A stretch of 64,000 bases of DNA from Actinomycetota bacterium (GTDB lineage: Bacteria; Actinomycetota; UBA4738; HRBIN12): assembly GCA_035512775.1 (NCBI GenBank), contig DATKDI010000024.1:18077-82076 (forward strand). Reading direction: 5' to 3'. The notes beneath the pieces were generated by a model, which had not been told where the DNA came from, made no database searches, and saw nothing but the letters and a program-made list of their open reading frames with translations. The position numbers were made by a program, and so were the translations under genes. Below, piece after piece: positions 55,657 to 64,000 of the stretch. Positions within the stretch are counted from its first letter, which is position 1; every line of letters starts with the position of its first letter.

Positions 55657-56230
55657 TCACGGCGTGAGGGGCGGAACGCGCCTCCCAGCGGCGGAGTCCT
55701 CGACCAACGTTGCGAAGCGCCGTTCGCGCGTCTCTTCCTTCTTCCCGGTCATCACCCAGCGGATCGCGGCCTGCCGATAGGACTTCGGCATCGCTTCGAA
55801 CGAGGCCCACGCCTTCTTCTTCGCGCGGAAGCGCTTCTCGAACGCCGGATCGAACACGGCCTTGTCGCGCTGCTCATAGGAGTAGATCCCTGAGCGGCCC
55901 TCGCGCCGTGCCTCGAACGCCTTCAGACCGGCAGGATGCATGCGGTCGGCTTCCGTGAGAGCGGCGACGCGCCCGATGTTCACCGCGCTCCAGTTGCTCC
56001 CGACCCGTCGGGGCGTGAACCCGTTCATGTACCGCTCGGCGTCGATGCTCTTGCGGATGCCGTCGATCCAGCCGAAGCAGAGCGCCTCGTCCACCGACTC
56101 CAGCCACGTCATGCTGGGCTTGCCAGACGCCTTCTTGTAGTAGACGACCCACAGGCTCTGGCTCGCTGTCGTGGTATCGCTCCAGCCACGCGCGGAAGTC
56201 CTCCGGGCGTCGGAACGTTGTGGGTTCCAT
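55657..56230 (-). pseudogene. YdeI/OmpD-associated (DUF1801-type) protein with a +1 frameshift.
   Basis: N-terminus MEPTTFRRPEDFRAWLERYHDSEPE. The other frame reads LWVVYYKKASGKPSMTWLESVDEALCFGWIDGIRKS... An extra C sits in gagCctgtgg at about 56155. Confidence 0.5.
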
Positions 56231-56294
56231 GACGATCGAGTCCCCCATCGGAGTGACACCGTTGGGGTCGGCGGCCGCCCCTATGCTGACCGCC

Positions 56295-59099
56295 ATGGAG
56301 TGTGACTTCTGCGGCCAGCCCCTCCCCGAGGGCGCTCGCTTCTGCCCCAACTGCGGGACGCCCCTGTCGACGACCCTCGGCACCGAGGAGCGGAAGATGG
56401 TCACGGTCCTGTTCGCGGACCTGGTCGACTCGACCGGGCTCGCGCAGCGGCTCGACCCCGAGCGAGCCCGGGAGGTGCTCGGTGGGTTCTTCGACGCCGC
56501 GAGCGAGGAGCTGCGCGCCCTCCGTGGTCACCCTGAGAAGTTCATCGGCGACGCCGTGATGGCGGTGTTCGGCCTCCCCCACGTCAGCGAGGACGACGCG
56601 GTGCGGGCCGTCCGCGCCGGCCTCGCGATCCGCGACCGGATGTTCCGCCTCCAGCAGTCCCTCGGCCTGGACGAGCCGCTCGAGATCCGCGTCGGGATCG
56701 AGACCGGCGAGGCGGCGACGGGCGTCGGTCCCACCGGGCAATTGCTCGTCACCGGCCAGGTGGTCAACGCCGCCGCTCGTCTCCAGACCGCCGCCCAGCC
56801 GGGACAGGTGCTTATGGGTGCGACCACGCACGCGCTGACCGAGGACGCGGTCTCCTGCGGCGACAGGCAGGAGATCGAGGCGAAGGGGTTCGCCAACGCG
56901 CTGCCGGCCTACCCGGTGGAGGCGCTGACCACCCGGTCGGCGCGTCGCACGATCCCGTTCGTGGGCCGCGCGAACGAGCTGGACATCCTCCGCGGGAGCG
57001 TCGCGAGGGTGAACGCCATCTCCAGCCCGCTCCTCGTCACCATCCTCGGAGAACCGGGCGTGGGCAAGTCCCGGCTGGCCGACGAGTTGATCGCCGGCCT
57101 GGGCGAAGACGTCACCGTCCTTCGAGGGCGCGCGGAGGCCTACGGCGACACCGCCACGTTCGCGCCCGTGACCGCGATCGTCCGCGACATCGCCGGCATC
57201 GACGACGAGATGCCGCCCGAGGAGGCGATGCGACGCCTGCAGGAGGTCGTCGACGGCTGCTGCGAGCCGAGTGAGGCGGAACGGGTCGCCGGTCGGCTCG
57301 GCCTCACGATCGGGCTCGGCGCGCCCAAGCGCGAGGAGTCGGTGTTCGTGCAGGACGTCCAGAGCGGATTCCTGAGCCTGGTGGAGGGCTTGTCCGCTCG
57401 CGGACCCGTGGTCCTGGTGTTCGAAGACGTCCACGGGCTCCACCCGCCGATGCTCGACCTGATCGAGCGCGTGGTCACGACGACGAGGAACGGCCCCCAG
57501 CGCGCGCTCACGATCGCCCTCGGGCGGCCGGAGCTGCTGGAGGAGCGGCCTGCGTGGGGATCGGGTGTGGTGAACGCCGTCACCCTTCGTCTCGACCCGC
57601 TCCCGGCCGCCGAGGCGATCGAGCTGGTCCGCGAGGCGGCCGGGGGACACGTCAGCGAATCCGAGGCCGCCGAGATCGCGGACAGGACCGGCGGCAATCC
57701 GTTCTTCATCGTCGAGACCACCGGCATGGTGCTTCGCGCTCGCCAGGACGGGGCCGCCACCTCGGGGCGAGCCCTCCCTCCGACCGTGCAGGCCGTCGTG
57801 GCCGCGCGCCTCGACAGCCTCCGTCACCGGCTGCGCGACCTCGCACGACGTGCGTCCGTCTTCATCTACTCCTTCGACCTCGAGGAGCTGGCGACCGTCT
57901 CGGACGCCGACGCCGACGACATCCGCGGCCTCGAGGACGCGGAGATCCTCGTGCGCGAAGACGGCAGGATCTCGCGCTGGCGGTTCCGTCACGAGACCGT
58001 CCGCGAGGTCGCGTACGCGAGCCTTCCCAAGCGCGAGCGCCTGAGCTTGCACGAGCGGATCGCGGACGCGCTCATGGAGTCGGGACACCGCTCGTACGCC
58101 GCGGACCATCTCGAACGCGCCGCGCAGGCCTCGATCGACCTCGATCCCGCGGATCGCCGCGTGCCGAACCGGGCGGTCGACGCGTTGATCATGGCCGGGG
58201 ATCGCGCCCGCCGACGGATGGAGAGTCGGTCGGCAGTGGACTTCTACGAGCGAGCGCTTGCGATGGCGGGGCCCGAGAGCTCTTGGGGGGCACGGGAAGG
58301 GCGAGCGCTCGCGGGAACGGGCGAAGGCCATTACTGGCTGGGGGAGTATCCGGCCGCCAGCGAGGCGCTGTCGCGCGCCGTCGAGCTCGGGGAGAAGTTC
58401 GACGACGCCTGGACGCTCACGCTCGCCCTCCGCTACCAGGGGGACATCGCGATCAACGTCGACGGCGATCTGGAGAAGGCCGAGCAGCTCCTCGCAGACT
58501 CGCTCGCCGCGGCCGGTGAGCTGGATGATGCCTGGGCGATGTCCCGGTCACTGCTGTTCGCCGGCTGGGTGCCGTGGACCCGGGACGACTTCGAAGAGGC
58601 CGATCAGATCTGGCGACGGGCGCTCTCGCTGGCGGAGGAGCACGACGACACCTGGTCGCGCGTGCGGGCGCTGACCGCGCTGTCCATCAACTTCTCGCAA
58701 CAGAACAACACCGAAGAGGCCGCCGCCCTGATCGAACAGGCGAGGGAGCTCGCCGATCAGATGGGCGATCGCTTCAGCGTGGCGGTGACGATGGTGCAAC
58801 GCGGACGGCTCGACGAGGATCTCGGGAACCTCGAGGAGGCCATCCCCCAGTTCGACCACGCCATCGAGATCTTCAAGGAGCTCGGCGCTCGCTGGGAGGT
58901 GGCGGACGCGCTCGCGGAACGCGGGATCAGCTACCGCGACCTCGGACGACTCGACGAAGGCGAGGAGGATCTCAGGAGCGCGATCCGGATATCGGGCGAG
59001 CTCGGTGAACAGCAGATCGCCGGGTGGGGTGGTCGTGCGCTCGACCGTCTCGCGCAGATCCGCGCCGAGAGCGCCGACGAGCGCGTCACGGGCGGCTGA
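56295..59099 (+). CDS. Second Zn-ribbon, cyclase, AAA-ATPase and TPR STAND signal-transduction protein.
   Basis: CDFCGQ...CPNCG. CHD motifs MVTVLFADLVDSTG and KFIGDAVMAVFG. Walker A GEPGVGKS. 934 aa. A paralogue of 11583-14750. Confidence 0.8.
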   Translation: MECDFCGQPLPEGARFCPNCGTPLSTTLGTEERKMVTVLFADLVDSTGLAQRLDPERAREVLGGFFDAASEELRALRGHPEKFIGDAVMAVFGLPHVSEDDAVRAVRAGLAIRDRMFRLQQSLGLDEPLEIRVGIETGEAATGVGPTGQLLVTGQVVNAAARLQTAAQPGQVLMGATTHALTEDAVSCGDRQEIEAKGFANALPAYPVEALTTRSARRTIPFVGRANELDILRGSVARVNAISSPLLVTILGEPGVGKSRLADELIAGLGEDVTVLRGRAEAYGDTATFAPVTAIVRDIAGIDDEMPPEEAMRRLQEVVDGCCEPSEAERVAGRLGLTIGLGAPKREESVFVQDVQSGFLSLVEGLSARGPVVLVFEDVHGLHPPMLDLIERVVTTTRNGPQRALTIALGRPELLEERPAWGSGVVNAVTLRLDPLPAAEAIELVREAAGGHVSESEAAEIADRTGGNPFFIVETTGMVLRARQDGAATSGRALPPTVQAVVAARLDSLRHRLRDLARRASVFIYSFDLEELATVSDADADDIRGLEDAEILVREDGRISRWRFRHETVREVAYASLPKRERLSLHERIADALMESGHRSYAADHLERAAQASIDLDPADRRVPNRAVDALIMAGDRARRRMESRSAVDFYERALAMAGPESSWGAREGRALAGTGEGHYWLGEYPAASEALSRAVELGEKFDDAWTLTLALRYQGDIAINVDGDLEKAEQLLADSLAAAGELDDAWAMSRSLLFAGWVPWTRDDFEEADQIWRRALSLAEEHDDTWSRVRALTALSINFSQQNNTEEAAALIEQARELADQMGDRFSVAVTMVQRGRLDEDLGNLEEAIPQFDHAIEIFKELGARWEVADALAERGISYRDLGRLDEGEEDLRSAIRISGELGEQQIAGWGGRALDRLAQIRAESADERVTGG

Positions 59100-59538
59100 C
59101 TCCGGCCGGGCCGGAGCCGACGTCGGGCTGGGCCCCCGCCGCCACTTCGACGAGTCGACCCACGTACATCTGCCAGCCCTCGCGGTGGAGATCCGCGTCC
59201 GCCTCCGACGGGAACCCCGTATGTCTGAGGCGGAGCAACGTCCCGTCCCCGTCCGCGTGCAAGGTGATCTCCACCGTGGTGGAACCGGGGGGCACGTCCC
59301 CGCTCCCCTCCCACCCCCAGGTGAACACGACCCTGCTCGGCGGCTCGACCTCGACGTATTCGCCGAGCGCGACGGCCTCGGGCCCCATGCGCACCCGGTA
59401 GCGCCCGCCAGGACGAGGGTCGAGCTCGGCCTGCTGGCCCTTCCACCGCGTGTACTTCTCGGGATCCGTGAGGTACGTGAAGACCTCATCCGGGGTGGCG
59501 GCGATACGCCGCTCGACCTCGACGACCGGATCAGCCAC
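59086..59538 (-). CDS. SRPBCC/AHSA1-like protein.
   Basis: 150 aa. Co-operonic with the ArsR gene. Confidence 0.6.
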   Translation of the reverse strand: MADPVVEVERRIAATPDEVFTYLTDPEKYTRWKGQQAELDPRPGGRYRVRMGPEAVALGEYVEVEPPSRVVFTWGWEGSGDVPPGSTTVEITLHADGDGTLLRLRHTGFPSEADADLHREGWQMYVGRLVEVAAGAQPDVGSGPAGVSRP

Positions 59539-59833
59539 GTCGGTCCCGCCGGATCGTCCGCTGGAGCGCGTCCAGGTCTTGCTCCCACATCTGGCGAAGC
59601 ACGTCGCCCACCGGACCGAGGGCCTCGCGGTCGGCGCGGTAGAAGCGCTTCGTCCCCTCGCGGCGCTCCCGAACGAGGCCGGCCGTCCGCAGGACCTTGA
59701 GGTTCTGCGACATGGCAGGCCAACTCACGTCGAACTTGCCCGCGATCTCACCGGACGAGAGCTCCTCGTCCCAGACCAAGCGGAGGATCTCGCGTCGCCG
59801 TGGACTGCTGATCGCATCGAGTACCGCCTGCAC
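59531..59833 (-). CDS. ArsR/SmtB-family transcriptional regulator.
   Basis: RREILRLVWDEELSSGEIAGKFDVSWPAMSQNLKVLRTAGLV. Confidence 0.75.
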   Translation of the reverse strand: MQAVLDAISSPRRREILRLVWDEELSSGEIAGKFDVSWPAMSQNLKVLRTAGLVRERREGTKRFYRADREALGPVGDVLRQMWEQDLDALQRTIRRDRRG

Positions 59834-59839
59834 GCTGCG

Positions 59840-59891
59840 TATTTAAGCACCTCCTTCGGGTTGACACGACTCTTAAGCCTAGGCTTAAATA
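59840..59891. promoter_or_regulatory. Nested palindromes (TATTTAAGC...TTAAGCCTAGGCTTAAATA) in the AT-rich divergent intergenic region, a candidate ArsR/SmtB operator.
   Basis: A 16-bp perfect palindrome TTAAGCCTAGGCTTAA at 59873-59888, plus outer arms TATTTAAGC and GCTTAAATA. Confidence 0.5.
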
Positions 59892-59919
59892 GCGGGCTCA
59901 CACGCCAGAGGGGGACGAG

Positions 59920-60354
59920 ATGGGACGAGAGATCCTGCTGGGAGCTGAAGCCCATGCCGACGCCGCCACGATCGTGGATGCGCTCACCACGAAGGAGGGT
60001 CTGTCTTCGTTCTGGACGTCGGACTCGATCGCGGAGCCGGCGGTCGGCAGCGAGGCTCGGTTCGGCTTCCAGGGAGCGCCGGTGCCGTTGCGGATGCGCG
60101 TCGACCGGATCGAGCCCCGCGAGGTCACGTGGACCTGCCTCGGCGACTTCCCCTACTGGGAGGGCACGACCGTCGCCTGGTCGCTCTCTCCTGAAGAGGA
60201 ACACGGTGGGACGAAGGTCCTCTTCCGGCAGGCCGGATTCCCCGACGAGCAGCCGGAGTGGGAGTTCGCGTCGGTCGCATTCACATGGGCGGGGATCCTC
60301 GGCAGGCTGAAGGCGCTCGCCGAAACGGGAGATGCCGAGCCGTACCTCGGCTAG
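59920..60354 (+). CDS. SRPBCC/AHSA1-like protein.
   Basis: 144 aa. Confidence 0.6.
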   Translation: MGREILLGAEAHADAATIVDALTTKEGLSSFWTSDSIAEPAVGSEARFGFQGAPVPLRMRVDRIEPREVTWTCLGDFPYWEGTTVAWSLSPEEEHGGTKVLFRQAGFPDEQPEWEFASVAFTWAGILGRLKALAETGDAEPYLG

Positions 60355-60360
60355 CACCCC

Positions 60361-60807
60361 ATGGCGATCGACGTCACCGCGCGAACCGTCATCGCTCGCC
60401 CTCGCGAGGACGTCGCCGCCTACGTGGTCGACCACCGCAACGATCCCTTGTGGATCGGAGGTATCAGCGAGTCCGAGCTGCTCGGCGACCCGCCGCTCAC
60501 GGAGGGATCGCGCGTGCGGCGCGTCGCCTCGTTCCTCGGGAAACGGATCCGCTACGTGAACGAGGTCGTGCGGCTCGTCCCGGGCAGCGTGCTCGAGATG
60601 CGGTCGGTGGAGAGCCCGATACCGATGCACATCACGTACGCATTCGCCGACGCACCCGAGGGGACGCAGGTGAGCGTCCGCGTGGAAGGCGAGCCGGAGG
60701 GCCTGTACCGACTCGGGGGAACGATGATGAGGCGCGCAGTGCAACGGTCGATCGATCGGGACGTCCTCACGTTGAAGGAAACGCTGGAACGATCGGCAGC
60801 GACCTAG
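60361..60807 (+). CDS. SRPBCC (polyketide_cyc2-like) protein.
   Basis: 148 aa. Confidence 0.6.
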   Translation: MAIDVTARTVIARPREDVAAYVVDHRNDPLWIGGISESELLGDPPLTEGSRVRRVASFLGKRIRYVNEVVRLVPGSVLEMRSVESPIPMHITYAFADAPEGTQVSVRVEGEPEGLYRLGGTMMRRAVQRSIDRDVLTLKETLERSAAT

Positions 60808-61089
60808 AGCAGCGAGGACTGACCGCGCGTCGGCTTGCGGCCCCTGGGTCGGCCCATCGCCGGCTCGTCCTCGGCCGGATGGTCCACGAGCGCGACCACG
60901 CGGGCCGACATGAAACGGCCCGTCCGAACGGCCTTGCCGCCCCGCGTCACCTCGGAGACTTCCACCACGCCGCGTCCGGTGGAGACCTCGACCCGGCGAC
61001 CCGCGCGGGTCGCCTCGATCTCATAGGTCTGGACGCCGTTCCCGATGTCCACCACGATCTCGACGCGGTCGCCCCTCATGCCGACCATG
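60804..61089 (-). CDS. Hypothetical small protein (uncertain).
   Basis: MVGMRGDRVEIVVDIGNGVQTYEIEATRAGRRVEVSTGRGVVEVSEV... No family was recognised and the RBS is weak. Confidence 0.25.
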
Positions 61090-61218
61090 ATAGGCGCGGA
61101 CCCTGACCCGATGTTCGGGAGGTCTTCCGCCGACGCGGTTTCAGCGGATCCGCGTTCGGAGATGAACCGTATCGGGCTCGCCGGGTACGTGGTCGGGGAC
61201 CGACCCGAGGAGGCAGCG

Positions 61219-61452
61219 ATGACAAACGCCGACGGATCCGAGCGTGACGCGATGGATGTCGGGCAGCCCGAGGAGGCCGAGCTGGCCGACGAGGAGCTCA
61301 CGCACGCGAAGCCGACACCGGCCGAAAAGCCCGACGAGGACAAAGCCGACGAAGAGCTCGAGCCGCTCGAGGGCGGAGCCGAGACGATGGCCGATCTCGA
61401 CGAAGAGGCCGGTCAGGCGAACCGACCGGGGACGGAGCGACCGCCCGTCTAG
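61219..61452 (+). CDS. Small acidic hypothetical protein (77 aa).
   Basis: A strong RBS GAGGAGG lies 6 nt upstream. The protein is Glu/Asp-rich. Confidence 0.35.
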   Translation: MTNADGSERDAMDVGQPEEAELADEELTHAKPTPAEKPDEDKADEELEPLEGGAETMADLDEEAGQANRPGTERPPV

Positions 61453-61506
61453 CGGGCTCCTTGCGGTTCGCTTGCACTTGCGTTCTGCTTGCGGTACGCT
61501 CCCCGC

Positions 61507-62187
61507 ATGGCTGTCGCGACGATCGAGTTGCCCGTAGGCCTCGTCCAGGAGGTCGAGCGTTCGTTGCCGAGAGCGCTCCGCGGGGAGTCGGCAGCCGCGC
61601 GCCGCTACGCCCGAGCGTGGCGTGAGCTCGTCCGGTCGCTGCTCGCCTCCCAGGACGCGGCCGCGGCCGCCGCGGACGTGCTGGATCACGTCGCCCTCAC
61701 CGCTCCGTTCCATCCCGATGGACCCATCCGCGCCCTGCTGTCGGCGGCGGCCGGCATCATCCCGGGTATGCGCCCCTCCGCGGTCTCCTCGCCTCCGGCA
61801 TCGTTGCCGGCGCCGCTCCACTACGAGCGCTTCACCCTCGCGGTCCTCGACGAGCTATCCGGCCGTGGTTCGGAGCTGGCCCGGCTCATGGCCGGCTGGC
61901 AGCTCTCCGTCTCCGACGTCGCTCGTCTCTTCGGGGTCACGCGCCAGGCCGTGCAACAGTGGCTGGACGACGGCGTCCCTACCGCGCGGCAGCCCAAGCT
62001 CCTGCAGATCCTTCGGATCGGTGACCTGCTCGAACGCAACCTGCAGCCTCCACGGATCCCGGCGGTCGTGCGCTCCGACGCCGGTGCCTACGGCGGGCGG
62101 TCGATGCTCGAGCTGATCGCCGATGACCGGCACAACGAGCTCCTCGAGTCCGTCGAGCGCTCCTTCGACTGGGCGAGCACCGCGTAG
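61507..62187 (+). CDS. Xre/MbcA/ParS-type antitoxin (DUF2384 toxin-binding domain) of a RES-Xre TA pair.
   Basis: VSDVARLFGVTRQAVQQWL HTH and C-terminal GGRSMLELIADDRHNELLE. It lies immediately upstream of the RES gene (3-bp gap). Confidence 0.65.
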   Translation: MAVATIELPVGLVQEVERSLPRALRGESAAARRYARAWRELVRSLLASQDAAAAAADVLDHVALTAPFHPDGPIRALLSAAAGIIPGMRPSAVSSPPASLPAPLHYERFTLAVLDELSGRGSELARLMAGWQLSVSDVARLFGVTRQAVQQWLDDGVPTARQPKLLQILRIGDLLERNLQPPRIPAVVRSDAGAYGGRSMLELIADDRHNELLESVERSFDWASTA

Positions 62188-62189
62188 TC

Positions 62190-62720
62190 GTGCGGTTCCG
62201 CCACATCGCCCGTTCCGGACGGTTCGTTCGGGTGGCCCATCCGGACTGGCGCCGACCGCTCGATCCCTCGTTCGCCGCGGCGAGGGGAGGCCGGTGGAAT
62301 CCGCCCGTCTCGTTCCCGGTCCTCTACCTGTGCGCGACCCCTGCTGTCGCGCGCGAGGTGGTTCTGGGCCGCTTCGAAGGGCTTCCCTACGGGCTCCTCG
62401 ACCTCCGCTCCGATCGCAGACCGGTCTTGATCGACACCGATGTGCCTCTGCATCGCGCCGTCGACGTCGTGACGGAGGCGGGATGCCGCGCCGCCTCGCT
62501 TCCCGTCAGCTACCCCTACGACGCACGCGGCCGGAAGATCGGATGGGAACGAACCCAACCTCTCGGGGAGACCGCCTGGGGCCAGGGAGAAAGGTCGATC
62601 GCCTGCCGCAGTGCGGCTCTGCCGAAAGGCGGGGACGGCGAGGAGCTGGCCTGGTTCGTTCGAGAACGGAACGACCGTCTCGCCGTCGCCGCTCGGCGTT
62701 CCTTCGACGACTGGTTCTAG
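62190..62720 (+). CDS. RES-domain toxin (MbcT/Res-like NAD+-targeting family).
   Basis: RES-domain signature GGRWNPP..FPVLYLCATPAVAREV. 176 aa. Confidence 0.7.
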   Translation: MRFRHIARSGRFVRVAHPDWRRPLDPSFAAARGGRWNPPVSFPVLYLCATPAVAREVVLGRFEGLPYGLLDLRSDRRPVLIDTDVPLHRAVDVVTEAGCRAASLPVSYPYDARGRKIGWERTQPLGETAWGQGERSIACRSAALPKGGDGEELAWFVRERNDRLAVAARRSFDDWF

Positions 62721-62916
62721 CCCGAACGCTCGGGGGAGTCGGGAAGGTTCCTAAGCCCGCCGGGCCGGGTAGGGGGCGTAACGGTGAACGCACCGGCGTA
62801 CATCGCCTCCGACACATGGCAGTTCGCGTGTCCGGTGACCAGCGTCTCCGTGGGGTAGTCGAGTCGCCTCTTCCGGGACCTCTACTCCACGCGTTCATCC
62901 CCGATATCGTCCGTCC

Positions 62917-64000
62917 ATGCGCTTCGCGCCGACGGAAGTGGGGTTCATCGCGGACCCCTACCGCGACTACGCGGAGCTCAGGCGATCCGCACCCGTCGTC
63001 TACGACGAGGCGACCGATCACTGGCTGATCTCCCGATTCCGGGACGTCGACGCGCTCCTGCGGGATCGACGGTTCGGCCGAACCTATCTCCACATGTCGT
63101 CCCACGAGGAGATGGGCAGGCCGGTGCCTCCGGAGTGGCACACGCCGTTCTGGGACCTGATCAATGCCGGGATCTTGGATATGGAGCCGCCCGACCACAC
63201 GCGGGTTCGGAAGCTCGTATCCAAGGCGTTCACCCCGAGGTTCGTCGAAGCCCTGCGCCCCCGGGTGCAGGAGATCTTCGACGGACTGGTCGACGAGGTC
63301 GAGGGCGCGGGAGCGTTCGACATGCTGCCGACGCTGGCCGAGCCGCTGCCCGTCACCGTGATCGGGGACATGCTCGGCGTCCCCACCTCAGACCATCACC
63401 TGCTGCGGCCGTGGTCCGCCGACATCGTGAAGATGTACGAGCTGAACCCGTCACCGTCATCGCAACAGGACGCCGTTCGGGCCAGCGTCGAGTTCTCCGA
63501 GTACCTGCGAGGGCTGGCCCGTGAGCGTCGGATGGACCCCGGCGATGACCTGATCTCGGCGCTCGTCCACGTGGTCGAGGAGGGCGAGCACCTCACCGAG
63601 GATGAGCTCGTGGGCACGTGCGTGCTGCTCCTCAACGCCGGCCACGAGGCGACCGTGAACTCCACCTTGCTGGGATGGTGGGCGCTGTTCCGCCATCCCG
63701 ATCGTCTGAAGGAACTCCGCGCCGATCCGTCGCTCCTGCCGACCGCGATCGAGGAGCTGCTTCGGTTCCAGACGCCGCTCCCGATGTTCGAGCGATGGGT
63801 CCTGGAGCCGTTCGAGCTTCACGGCGTCGCGATCCCGAAGGGCGCCGAGCTCGGACTGCTGTTCGATTCCGCGAACCGCGACGAGGACATCTTCGACGAT
63901 CCGGACGAGCTCCGTATGGATCGGAAACCGAACCCGCATCTCACGTTCGGCGCGGGGATCCACTTCTGCCTCGGCGCGGCTCTCGGCCGGATGGAGCTGC
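62917..64000 (+). CDS. Cytochrome P450, 3'-truncated by the window edge.
   Basis: [13 protein letters not shown]-helix, ELLRF (ExxR) and [15 protein letters not shown] haem-binding loop. Confidence 0.85.
   Translation, partial: MRFAPTEVGFIADPYRDYAELRRSAPVVYDEATDHWLISRFRDVDALLRDRRFGRTYLHMSSHEEMGRPVPPEWHTPFWDLINAGILDMEPPDHTRVRKLVSKAFTPRFVEALRPRVQEIFDGLVDEVEGAGAFDMLPTLAEPLPVTVIGDMLGVPTSDHHLLRPWSADIVKMYELNPSPSSQQDAVRASVEFSEYLRGLARERRMDPGDDLISALVHVVEEGEHLTEDELVGTCVLLLNAGHEATVNSTLLGWWALFRHPDRLKELRADPSLLPTAIEELLRFQTPLPMFERWVLEPFELHGVAIPKGAELGLLFDSANRDEDIFDDPDELRMDRKPNPHLTFGAGIHFCLGAALGRMEL

Noticed and set aside
56109-58331. A 740-aa minus-strand ORF. The similar ORFs at 12840-13964, 13138-13881, 47088-49019, 41593-43272, 35656-36996 and 10400-11503 were considered with it.
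   Set aside because: Each is antisense to a confidently assigned gene. They are Arg/Pro/Gly-rich and have no motifs.
1-64000. tRNA, rRNA and other structured RNA genes.
   Set aside because: No GGTTCGAATCC-type T-arm or CCA-proximal acceptor patterns were seen. No rRNA-like conserved stretches were seen either.

Overview
The window is a high-GC (about 70%) actinobacterial-type chromosomal segment, densely coded on both strands. Most of it is accessory and regulatory genes: alpha/beta hydrolases, class I methyltransferases, GNATs, VOC/glyoxalase, SRPBCC and DinB-family proteins, YdeI-like proteins, several TetR/ArsR regulators, an arsR-arsM pair, a Fic protein, and a RES-Xre toxin-antitoxin pair. 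There is a heavy load of cAMP/sigma-factor signalling: five class-III nucleotidyl-cyclase-domain proteins, two of them about 1000-aa Zn-ribbon-cyclase-AAA-TPR STAND proteins, plus a cNMP-binding protein, an ECF sigma/anti-sigma pair and two STAS antagonist genes. The only clearly core block is the oxidative pentose-phosphate operon (zwf divergent from gnd-pgl) at 34-37.1 kb, with folE, a DNA ligase and a subtilase elsewhere.

The most unusual structure is a roughly 11-kb block (22.1-33.3 kb). Essentially every gene boundary there carries one copy of a conserved, same-orientation ~28-bp GC-palindrome plus AT-tail motif, consensus GCGCCGGGGCGCGTGGACATTTAGCCCC, 17 copies in all. It partitions a run of small, functionally unrelated genes into cassette-like units, including one empty unit and a duplicated inverted-repeat-bounded STAS mini-element. 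No integrase and no canonical attC features are visible.

The window also contains an unusually large number of disrupted reading frames. About seven are single-base indels in homopolymer runs. There are also a 10-bp tandem duplication, a 4-bp duplication, an in-frame TGA, two decayed paralogous DinB copies, and an arsC, a BBE-oxidase and a YdeI remnant. This points either to consensus errors in the assembly or to real gene decay.

No rRNA, tRNA or CRISPR array was recognised. Long ORFs antisense to the annotated genes are treated as high-GC artefacts.
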